A stretch of 64,000 nucleotides of DNA from the human T2T-CHM13v2.0 reference genome, Homo sapiens: assembly GCF_009914755.1 (NCBI RefSeq), contig NC_060930.1. One strand, given 5' to 3'. The notes beneath the pieces were generated by a model. That model was given only the letters and a program-made list of their open reading frames with translations. It was not told the origin of the DNA and ran no database searches. Below, in pieces: positions 53,701-64,000 of the stretch. Made by a program: the position numbers and the translations under genes. Numbering within the stretch: position 1 is the first letter of the stretch; the number at the start of each line of letters is the position of its first letter.

Positions 53701-56700
53701 CCAAGTGGATATTTAGAGCACTTTGAAGTCTCTGCTAGAAAAGGAAACATCTTCATGTAAAAAGTAGATAGAATCGTTCTCAGAAAGTGCTTAGTGACGT
53801 GTGCGTTCAACTCACAGAGTTTAACGTTTCTTTTGATAGAGCGTTTCTGAAACACCCTTCTTGTAGTAGCTGCAAGTGGATATTTGGACCTATTGGAGGC
53901 CTTCTTTGGAAACGGGATTTCTTCATGTAACTCTAGATTGAAGAATTCTCAGAAACTCCTTTGTGATGTGTGCATTCAATTCAAAGAGTGAAACCTCCCT
54001 TTTCACAGAGCAGTTTTGAAACACTGTTTTTGTAGGATTTCCAAGGGGATATTTATAGCGCATTGAGCCTACGGCGGAAAAAGAAACATCTTCCTATAAA
54101 AACTAGACAGAATACTTCTCAGAATCTGCTTTGCGATGTGTGCGTTCAACTCACAGAGTAAAACTTTTCTTTTGATAGAGCAGTTTTGAAACACTCTTTT
54201 TGTAGTATTTGCATGTGTATATTTAGAGCGCATTGAAGCCCACAGTAGAAAAGGAAATAACTTCACCTAAAACCTAGACAGAAGCAATCTCAGAAACTAC
54301 TTTGTGATGTGTACATTCAACTCACAGAGTGGAACTTTCCTCTTTATAGAGCAGTGTTGAAACACTCTTTTTGTAGAAACTGCAAGTGGATATTTGGACC
54401 TCTTTGAGGCCTTCGTTGGAAACGGGATTTCTTCCTATAACCCTAGACAGAAGAATTTTCAGAAACCTCATTGTGATGTGTGCGTTCATCTCACAGAGTG
54501 GAGTCTTCCGTTTGATAGAGAAGTTTTGAAACCCTGTTCTTGTAGGATTTCCAAGTGGATATTTAGACCACTTTGAAGCCTATGATAGAAAAGGAAACAT
54601 CTTCATGGAAAACATAGATAGAATCATCCTCAGAAACAACTTTGTGATGTGTGCGTTGAACTCACCGTCTTTAACCTTTCTTTTGGTAGAGAAGTTTTGA
54701 AACACTCTCTTTGTAAAGTCTACAAGTGGATATTTTGAGCCCTTGGAGGCATTCTTTGGAAAAGGGAATGTCTTCACATAAAAGGCAGACGGAAGTGTTC
54801 TCAGAAACTGCTTTGTGATGTCTGTGTTCAACTCACAGAGTTTAACATTTCCTTTGATAGAGCGGTTTAGTAACCCTCTCTTTGTAGAATTTGGAAGTGT
54901 ATACTAAGAGCGCTTTGAGGCCTATGGTAGAAAAGGAAATATCTTTCCATAAAAGCTAGACAGAAGCAATCTCAGAAACTCCTCTGTGATGTCTGCATTC
55001 AACTCACCGAGTGGAACATTCCTCTTGAGAGAGCAGTTTGGAAACACTCTTTCTGTAGAATCAGCTTGTTTGTATTTGGACCTCCTTGAGGCCTTCGTTG
55101 GAAACGGGTTTTCATCTTATAAACCCAGACAGAAGAATTCTCAGAGTCTTCTTTGTGATGTGTGCTTTCAACTCACCGAGATAAAGATTTCTCTTGATAG
55201 AGCAATTTGGAAACACTCTTTTTGTAGAATTTGCAAGGGTACATTGAGAGCGCTTTCAGGCCTATGGTAGAAAAGGGAATATCTTTCCATAAAAGGTAGA
55301 CAGAAGCAATCTCAGAAACTACTTTGTGATGTGTGCATTCAACTCACCGAGTGCAACGTTCCTCTTGACCGAGCAGTTTGGAAACATTGTTTCTGTAGAA
55401 TCTGCAAGTGGATATTTGGACCTCTTTGAGGCCTTCGTTGGAAACGGGATTTCTTCCTATAACCCCAGACAGAAGAATTCTCAGAGACTTCTTTGTGATG
55501 TGTGAATTCAACTCACAGTGTGGATCCTTCCTTTTGATAGAGCAGTTTTGAAACCCTGTTTTTGTAGTATTTCCAAGCGGATATTTGGAACGCCTTGAAG
55601 CGTATGGTAGAAAAGGAAATATCTTCCCATAAAACCTAGACAGAACCAATCTCAGAAACGACTTTGTGATGTCTGCATTCAAGTCACAGAGTTGAACATT
55701 TCTCTTGATAGAGCAGTTTTGAAACCCTCTTTCTGAAGGATGTGCAAGTGGATATTTGGAACTCCTTTGGGTCTTCGTTGGAAACGGGATTTCTTCGTAT
55801 AAATCTAGACAGAAGAATTCTCCGAAACTTCTTTGGTTGTGTGCATTCAAGTCACAGAGTGGAACCTTCCTTTGGATAGAGCAGTTTGAAACGCCGTGGT
55901 TGTAGTATTTCCAAGCGGATATTAGAGCGCCTTGAGGCCTATGGTAGAAAAGGAAATATCTTCCCATAAAACCTAGACGGAAGCAATCTCAGAAACTACT
56001 GTGTGATGGCTGCATTCCACACACACGGTGGAACATTTCTCTTGATAGAGCAGTTTTGAAACACTCTTTCTGTAGAATCTGCAAGTGGATAATTGGACCG
56101 CCTTGAGGCCTTCGTTGGAAACGGGATTTCTTCATGTTACTCTAGATAGAAGAATTCTCAAACACTGCTATGTGATGTTTGCATTCAAGTCACAGAGTGC
56201 AACATTCCTCTTGGTAGAGCAGTTGGGAAACACTCCTTTTGTAGAATCTGCAATGGGATATTTGGACTTCTTTGAGGCCTTCGTTGGAAACGGGATTTCT
56301 TCGTATGAATCTAGACAGAAGAATTCTCAGAAACTTCCTTGTGATGTGTGCATTCAACTCAGCGAGTGGCACCTTCCTTTGGATACAGCAGTTTTGAAAC
56401 ACTGTTTTTGTAGTATTTCCAAGCAGATATTTAGAGCGCCTTGAAGCCTATGCTAGAAATGGAAATATCTCCCCATAAAACCAAGACAGAAGCAATCTCA
56501 GAAACTAATGTGTGATGGCTGCATTCCACACACACGGTGGACCATTTCTCTTGATAGAGCAGTTTTGAAACACTCTTTCTGTAGAATCTGCAAGTGGATA
56601 ATTGGACCTCCTAGAGGCCTTCGTTGGAAACGGGATTTCTTCATCTAAACCTACAGAGAAGAATTCTCAGTAACTTCTTCGGATGTGTGCATTCGACGCA

Positions 56701-59166
56701 CAGAATGGAACATTCCCTTTGATAGAGCAGTTTTGAGACACCGTTTTTGTAGAATTCCCAAGTGGATATTTAGAGCACTTTGAAGTCTCTGCTAGAAAAG
56801 GAAACATCTTCATGTAAAAAGTAGATAGAATCGTTCTCAGAAAGTGCTTAGTGACGTGTGCGTTCAACTCACAGAGTTTAACGTTTCTTTTGATAGAGCG
56901 TTTCTGAAACACCCTTCTTGTAGTAGCTGCAAGTGGATATTTGGACCTATTGGAGGCCTTCTTTGGAAACGGGATTTCTTCATGTAACTCTAGATTGAAG
57001 AATTCTCAGAAACTCCTTTGTGATGTGTGCATTCAATTCAAAGAGTGAAACCTCCCTTTTCACAGAGCAGTTTTGAAACACTGTTTTTGTAGGATTTCCA
57101 AGGGGATATTTATAGCGCATTGAGCCTACGGCGGAAAAAGAAACATCTTCCTATAAAAACTAGACAGAATACTTCTCAGAATCTGCTTTGCGATGTGTGC
57201 GTTCAACTCACAGAGTAAAACTTTTCTTTTGATAGAGCAGTTTTGAAACACTCTTTTTGTAGTATTTGCATGTGTATATTTAGAGCGCATTGAAGCCCAC
57301 AGTAGAAAAGGAAATAACTTCACCTAAAACCTAGACAGAAGCAATCTCAGAAACTACTTTGTGATGTGTACATTCAACTCACAGAGTGGAACTTTCCTCT
57401 TTATAGAGCAGTGTTGAAACACTCTTTTTGTAGAAACTGCAAGTGGATATTTGGACCTCTTTGAGGCCTTCGTTGGAAACGGGATTTCTTCCTATAACCC
57501 TAGACAGAAGAATTTTCAGAAACCTCATTGTGATGTGTGCGTTCATCTCACAGAGTGGAGTCTTCCGTTTGATAGAGAAGTTTTGAAACCCTGTTCTTGT
57601 AGGATTTCCAAGTGGATATTTAGACCACTTTGAAGCCTATGATAGAAAAGGAAACATCTTCATGGAAAACATAGATAGAATCATCCTCAGAAACAACTTT
57701 GTGATGTGTGCGTTGAACTCACCGTCTTTAACCTTTCTTTTGGTAGAGAAGTTTTGAAACACTCTCTTTGTAAAGTCTACAAGTGGATATTTTGAGCCCT
57801 TGGAGGCATTCTTTGGAAAAGGGAATGTCTTCACATAAAAGGCAGACGGAAGTGTTCTCAGAAACTGCTTTGTGATGTCTGTGTTCAACTCACAGAGTTT
57901 AACATTTCCTTTGATAGAGCGGTTTAGTAACCCTCTCTTTGTAGAATTTGGAAGTGTATACTAAGAGCGCTTTGAGGCCTATGGTAGAAAAGGAAATATC
58001 TTTCCATAAAAGCTAGACAGAAGCAATCTCAGAAACTCCTCTGTGATGTCTGCATTCAACTCACCGAGTGGAACATTCCTCTTGAGAGAGCAGTTTGGAA
58101 ACACTCTTTCTGTAGAATCAGCTTGTTTGTATTTGGACCTCCTTGAGGCCTTCGTTGGAAACGGGTTTTCATCTTATAAACCCAGACAGAAGAATTCTCA
58201 GAGTCTTCTTTGTGATGTGTGCTTTCAACTCACCGAGATAAAGATTTCTCTTGATAGAGCAATTTGGAAACACTCTTTTTGTAGAATTTGCAAGGGTACA
58301 TTGAGAGCGCTTTCAGGCCTATGGTAGAAAAGGGAATATCTTTCCATAAAAGGTAGACAGAAGCAATCTCAGAAACTACTTTGTGATGTGTGCATTCAAC
58401 TCACCGAGTGCAACGTTCCTCTTGACCGAGCAGTTTGGAAACATTGTTTCTGTAGAATCTGCAAGTGGATATTTGGACCTCTTTGAGGCCTTCGTTGGAA
58501 ACGGGATTTCTTCCTATAAACCCAGACAGAAGAATTCTCAGAGACTTCTTTGTGATGTGTGAATTCAACTCACAGTGTGGATCCTTCCTTTTGATAGAGC
58601 AGTTTTGAAACCCTGTTTTTGTAGTATTTCCAAGCGGATATTTGGAACGCCTTGAAGCGTATGGTAGAAAAGGAAATATCTTCCCATAAAACCTAGACAG
58701 AACCAATCTCAGAAACGACTTTGTGATGTCTGCATTCAAGTCACAGAGTTGAACATTTCTCTTGATAGAGCAGTTTTGAAACCCTCTTTCTGAAGGATGT
58801 GCAAGTGGATATTTGGAACTCCTTTGGGTCTTCGTTGGAAACGGGATTTCTTCGTATAAATCTAGACAGAAGAATTCTCCGAAACTTCTTTGGTTGTGTG
58901 CATTCAAGTCACAGAGTGGAACCTTCCTTTGGATAGAGCAGTTTGAAACGCCGTGGTTGTAGTATTTCCAAGCGGATATTAGAGCGCCTTGAGGCCTATG
59001 GTAGAAAAGGAAATATCTTCCCATAAAACCTAGACGGAAGCAATCTCAGAAACTACTGTGTGATGGCTGCATTCCACACACACGGTGGAACATTTCTCTT
59101 GATAGAGCAGTTTTGAAACACTCTTTCTGTAGAATCTGCAAGTGGATAATTGGACCGCCTTGAGGC

Positions 59167-59183
59167 CTTCTTTGGAAACGGGA
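59167..59183 (+). other. Mutated CENP-B box 5 in copy c20
   Basis: CTTCTTTGGAAACGGGA, G>T at 59171 relative to other copies. Confidence 0.9.
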
Positions 59184-60524
59184 TTTCTTCATGTTACTCT
59201 AGATAGAAGAATTCTCAAACACTGCTATGTGATGTTTGCATTCAAGTCACAGAGTGCAACATTCCTCTTGGTAGAGCAGTTGGGAAACACTCCTTTTGTA
59301 GAATCTGCAATGGGATATTTGGACTTCTTTGAGGCCTTCGTTGGAAACGGGATTTCTTCGTATGAATCTAGACAGAAGAATTCTCAGAAACTTCCTTGTG
59401 ATGTGTGCATTCAACTCAGCGAGTGGCACCTTCCTTTGGATACAGCAGTTTTGAAACACTGTTTTTGTAGTATTTCCAAGCGGATATTTAGAGCGCCTTG
59501 AAGCCTATGCTAGAAATGGAAATATCTCCCCATAAAACCAAGACAGAAGCAATCTCAGAAACTAATGTGTGATGGCTGCATTCCACACACACGGTGGACC
59601 ATTTCTCTTGATAGAGCAGTTTTGAAACACTCTTTCTGTAGAATCTGCAAGTGGATAATTGGACCTCCTAGAGGCCTTCGTTGGAAACGGGATTTCTTCA
59701 TCTAAACCTACAGAGAAGTATTCTCAGTAACTTCTTCGGATGTGTGCATTCGACTCACAGAATGGAACATTCCCTTTGATAGAGCAGTTTTGAGACACCG
59801 TTTTTGTAGAATTCCCAAGTGGATATTTAGAGCACTTTGAAGTCTCTGCTAGAAAAGGAAACATCTTCATGTAAAAAGTAGATAGAATCGTTCTCAGAAA
59901 GTGCTTAGTGACGTGTGCGTTCAACTCACAGAGTTTAACGTTTCTTTTGATAGAGCGTTTCTGAAACACCCTTCTTGTAGTAGCTGCAAGTGGATATTTG
60001 GACCTATTGGAGGCCTTCTTTGGAAACGGGATTTCTTCATGTAACTCTAGATTGAAGAATTCTCAGAAACTCCTTTGTGATGTGTGCATTCAATTCAAAG
60101 AGTGAAACCTCCCTTTTCACAGAGCAGTTTTGAAACACTGTTTTTGTAGGATTTCCAAGGGGATATTTATAGCGCATTGAGCCTACGGCGGAAAAAGAAA
60201 CATCTTCCTATAAAAACTAGACAGAATACTTCTCAGAATCTGCTTTGCGATGTGTGCGTTCAACTCACAGAGTAAAACTTTTCTTTTGATAGAGCAGTTT
60301 TGAAACACTCTTTTTGTAGTATTTGCATGTGTATATTTAGAGCGCATTGAAGCCCACAGTAGAAAAGGAAATAACTTCACCTAAAACCTAGACAGAAGCA
60401 ATCTCAGAAACTACTTTGTGATGTGTACATTCAACTCACAGAGTGGAACTTTCCTCTTTATAGAGCAGTGTTGAAACACTCTTTTTGTAGAAACTGCAAG
60501 TGGATATTTGGACCTCTTTGAGGC

Positions 60525-60541
60525 CTTCGTTGGAAATGGGA
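60525..60541 (+). other. Mutated CENP-B box 1 in copy c21
   Basis: CTTCGTTGGAAATGGGA, C>T at 60537 (CpG transition). Confidence 0.9.
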
Positions 60542-63185
60542 TTTCTTCCTATAACCCTAGACAGAAGAATTTTCAGAAACCTCATTGTGATGTGTGCGTT
60601 CATCTCACAGAGTGGAGTCTTCCGTTTGATAGAGAAGTTTTGAAACCCTGTTCTTGTAGGATTTCCAAGTGGATATTTAGACCACTTTGAAGCCTATGAT
60701 AGAAAAGGAAACATCTTCATGGAAAACATAGATAGAATCATCCTCAGAAACAACTTTGTGATGTGTGCATTGAACTCACCGTCTTTAACCTTTCTTTTGG
60801 TAGAGAAGTTTTGAAACACTCTCTTTGTAAAGTCTACAAGTGGATATTTTGAGCCCTTGGAGGCATTCTTTGGAAAAGGGAATGTCTTCACATAAAAGGC
60901 AGACGGAAGTGTTCTCAGAAACTGCTTTGTGATGTCTGTGTTCAACTCACAGAGTTTAACATTTCCTTTGATAGAGCGGTTTAGTAACCCTCTCTTTGTA
61001 GAATTTGGAAGTGTATACTAAGAGCGCTTTGAGGCCTATGGTAGAAAAGGAAATATCTTTCCATAAAAGCTAGACAGAAGCAATCTCAGAAACTCCTCTG
61101 CGATGTCTGCATTCAACTCACCGAGTGGAACATTCCTCTTGAGAGAGCAGTTTGGAAACACTCTTTCTGTAGAATCAGCTTGTTTGTATTTGGACCTCCT
61201 TGAGGCCTTCGTTGGAAACGGGTTTTCATCTTATAAACCCAGACAGAAGAATTCTCAGAGTCTTCTTTGTGATGTGTGCTTTCAACTCACCGAGATAAAG
61301 ATTTCTCTTGATAGAGCAATTTGGAAACACTCTTTTTGTAGAATTTGCAAGGGTACATTGAGAGCGCTTTCAGGCCTATGGTAGAAAAGGGAATATCTTT
61401 CCATAAAAGGTAGACAGAAGCAATCTCAGAAACTACTTTGTGATGTGTGCATTCAACTCACCGAGTGCAACGTTCCTCTTGACCGAGCAGTTTGGAAACA
61501 TTGTTTCTGTAGAATCTGCAAGTGGATATTTGGACCTCTTTGAGGCCTTCGTTGGAAACGGGATTTCTTCCTATAAACCCAGACAGAAGAATTCTCAGAG
61601 ACTTCTTTGTGATGTGTGAATTCAACTCACAGTGTGGATCCTTCCTTTTGATAGAGCAGTTTTGAAACCCTGTTTTTGTAGTATTTGCAAGCGGATATTT
61701 GGAACGCCTTGAAGCGTATGGTAGAAAAGGAAATATCTTCCCATAAAACCTAGACAGAACCAATCTCAGAAACGACTTTGTGATGTCTGCATTCAAGTCA
61801 CAGAGTTGAACATTTCTCTTGATAGAGCAGTTTTGAAACCCTCTTTCTGAAGGATCTGCAAGTGGATATTTGGAACTCCTTTGGGTCTTCGTTGGAAACG
61901 GGATTTCTTCGTATAAATCTAGACAGAAGAATTCTCCGAAACTTCTTTGGTTGTGTGCATTCAAGTCACAGAGTGGAACCTTCCTTTGGATAGAGCAGTT
62001 TGAAACGCCGTGGTTGTAGTATTTCCAAGCGGATATTAGAGCGCCTTGAGGCCTATGGTAGAAAAGGAAATATCTTCCCATAAAACCTAGACGGAAGCAA
62101 TCTCAGAAACTACTGTGTGATGGCTGCATTCCACACACACGGTGGAACATTTCTCTTGATAGAGCAGTTTTGAAACACTCTTTCTGTAGAATCTGCAAGT
62201 GGATAATTGGACCGCCTTGAGGCCTTCGTTGGAAACGGGATTTCTTCATGTTACTCTAGATAGAAGAATTCTCAAACACTGCTATGTGATGTTTGCATTC
62301 AAGTCACAGAGTGCAACATTCCTCTTGGTAGAGCAGTTGGGAAACACTCCTTTTGTAGAATCTGCAATGGGATATTTGGACTTCTTTGAGGCCTTCGTTG
62401 GAAACGGGATTTCTTCGTATGAATCTAGACAGAAGAATTCTCAGAAACTTCCTTGTGATGTGTGCATTCAACTCAGCGAGTGGCACCTTCCTTTGGATAC
62501 AGCAGTTTTGAAACACTGTTTTTGTAGTATTTCCAAGCGGATATTTAGAGCGCCTTGAAGCCTATGCTAGAAATGGAAATATCTCCCCATAAAACCAAGA
62601 CAGAAGCAATCTCAGAAACTAATGTGTGATGGCTGCATTCCACACACACGGTGGACCATTTCTCTTGATAGAGCAGTTTTGAAACACTCTTTCTGTAGAA
62701 TCTGCAAGTGGATAATTGGACCTCCTAGAGGCCTTCGTTGGAAACGGGATTTCTTCATCTAAACCTACAGAGAAGAATTCTCAGTAACTTCTTCGGATGT
62801 GTGCATTCGACTCACAGAATGGAACATTCCCTTTGATAGAGCAGTTTTGAGACACCGTTTTTGTAGAATTCCCAAGTGGATATTTAGAGCACTTTGAAGT
62901 CTCTGCTAGAAAAGGAAACATCTTCATGTAAAAAGTAGATAGAATCGTTCTCAGAAAGTGCTTAGTGACGTGTGCGTTCAACTCACAGAGTTTAACGTTT
63001 CTTTTGATAGAGCGTTTCTGAAACACCCTTCTTGTAGTAGCTGCAAGTGGATATTTGGACCTATTGGAGGCCTTCTTTGGAAACGGGATTTCTTCATGTA
63101 ACTCTAGATTGAAGAATTCTCAGAAACTCCTTTGTGATGTGTGCATTCAATTCAAAGAGTGAAACCTCCCTTTTCACAGAGCAGT

Positions 63186-64000
63186 TTTGAAACACTGTTT
63201 TTGTAGGATTTCCAAGGGGATATTTATAGCGCATTGAGCCTACGGCGGAAAAAGAAACATCTTCCTATAAAAACTAGACAGAATACTTCTCAGAATCTGC
63301 TTTGCGATGTGTGCGTTCAACTCACAGAGTAAAACTTTTCTTTTGATAGAGCAGTTTTGAAACACTCTTTTTGTAGTATTTGCATGTGTATATTTAGAGC
63401 GCATTGAAGCCCACAGTAGAAAAGGAAATAACTTCACCTAAAACCTAGACAGAAGCAATCTCAGAAACTACTTTGTGATGTGTACATTCAACTCACAGAG
63501 TGGAACTTTCCTCTTTATAGAGCAGTGTTGAAACACTCTTTTTGTAGAAACTGCAAGTGGATATTTGGACCTCTTTGAGGCCTTCGTTGGAAACGGGATT
63601 TCTTCCTATAACCCTAGACAGAAGAATTTTCAGAAACCTCATTGTGATGTGTGCGTTCATCTCACAGAGTGGAGTCTTCCGTTTGATAGAGAAGTTTTGA
63701 AACCCTGTTCTTGTAGGATTTCCAAGTGGATATTTAGACCACTTTGAAGCCTATGATAGAAAAGGAAACATCTTCATGGAAAACATAGATAGAATCATCC
63801 TCAGAAACAACTTTGTGATGTGTGCATTGAACTCACCGTCTTTAACCTTTCTTTTGGTAGAGAAGTTTTGAAACACTCTCTTTGTAAAGTCTACAAGTGG
63901 ATATTTTGAGCCCTTGGAGGCATTCTTTGGAAAAGGGAATGTCTTCACATAAAAGGCAGACGGAAGTGTTCTCAGAAACTGCTTTGTGATGTCTGTGTTC
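63186..64000 (+). repeat. Partial HOR copy c22, truncated by the window edge
   Basis: Matches HOR offsets 1-815. Confidence 0.97.

Larger units (their letters stand above)
41787..63185 (+). repeat. Seven full-length 18-mer HOR copies (c15-c21)
   Basis: 3057-bp steps from 41841 to 63240. Confidence 0.98.
1..64000 (+). repeat. Centromeric alpha-satellite higher-order repeat array (~170-bp monomers, 3057-bp 18-mer HOR)
   Basis: Alphoid motifs (TCTCAGAAACT..TTTGTGATGTGTGCATTCAACTCACAGAG, GATAGAGCAGTTTTGAAACAC, CTTCGTTGGAAACGGGA) recur every ~170 bp. The ORF track repeats exactly every 3057 bp (e.g. 380, 3437, 6494, 9551). Copies differ only at a handful of single bases. Confidence 0.99.
1..64000 (+). 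other. D6Z1: Probable identity: human chromosome 6 active centromeric array D6Z1 (S1C6H1L, suprachromosomal family 1)
   Basis: 18-monomer HOR of ~3.06 kb, ~340-bp A/B dimer substructure, and one BamHI site seen per HOR (GGATCC at 1508-1513). These match my recollection of D6Z1 as a ~3-kb BamHI 18-mer. Not confirmed by alignment. Confidence 0.88.

Noticed and set aside
1-64000. Inserted L1/Alu elements, inversions or non-satellite islands
   Set aside because: The 3057/2551-bp periodicity accounts for every base and all CENP-B boxes are on the same strand, so there is no room for an insertion.
1-64000. A previously undescribed gene-encoded system
   Set aside because: Nothing in the window supports one. 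It is known-type centromeric satellite, and any novelty is limited to array structure and turnover.

Overview
The whole 64 kb window is one uninterrupted, single-orientation array of primate centromeric alpha-satellite DNA. I see no genes, RNA genes or transposon insertions. Monomers of about 170 bp form a 3057-bp, 18-monomer higher-order repeat (HOR). The window holds 19 full 18-mers, two 2551-bp 15-mer deletion variants (30571-33121 and 39236-41786) and an 815-bp partial copy. The 18-mer of about 3.06 kb, one BamHI site per unit and the alternating A/B dimer structure best fit the active human chromosome 6 array D6Z1 (S1C6H1L); this is recall and was not checked by a search. Each 18-mer has 7 canonical CENP-B boxes and 2 degenerate ones. 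All ORFs in the track are artefacts of the repeat. I find no new protein-coding system. The informative signal is the array's recombination record, read by eye from about 28 variable sites: a deletion between internal paralogous monomers that removes the B-B irregularity, an 8665-bp (15+18+18) super-repeat, a probable 26.5-kb (9-HOR) duplication, short apparent conversion patches, and two knocked-out CENP-B boxes. HOR copy starts, phased arbitrarily to window base 1: c1 1, c2 3058, c3 6115, c4 9172, c5 12229, c6 15286, c7 18343, c8 21400, c9 24457, c10 27514, c11 30571, c12 33122, c13 36179, c14 39236, c15 41787, c16 44844, c17 47901, c18 50958, c19 54015, c20 57072, c21 60129, c22 63186.
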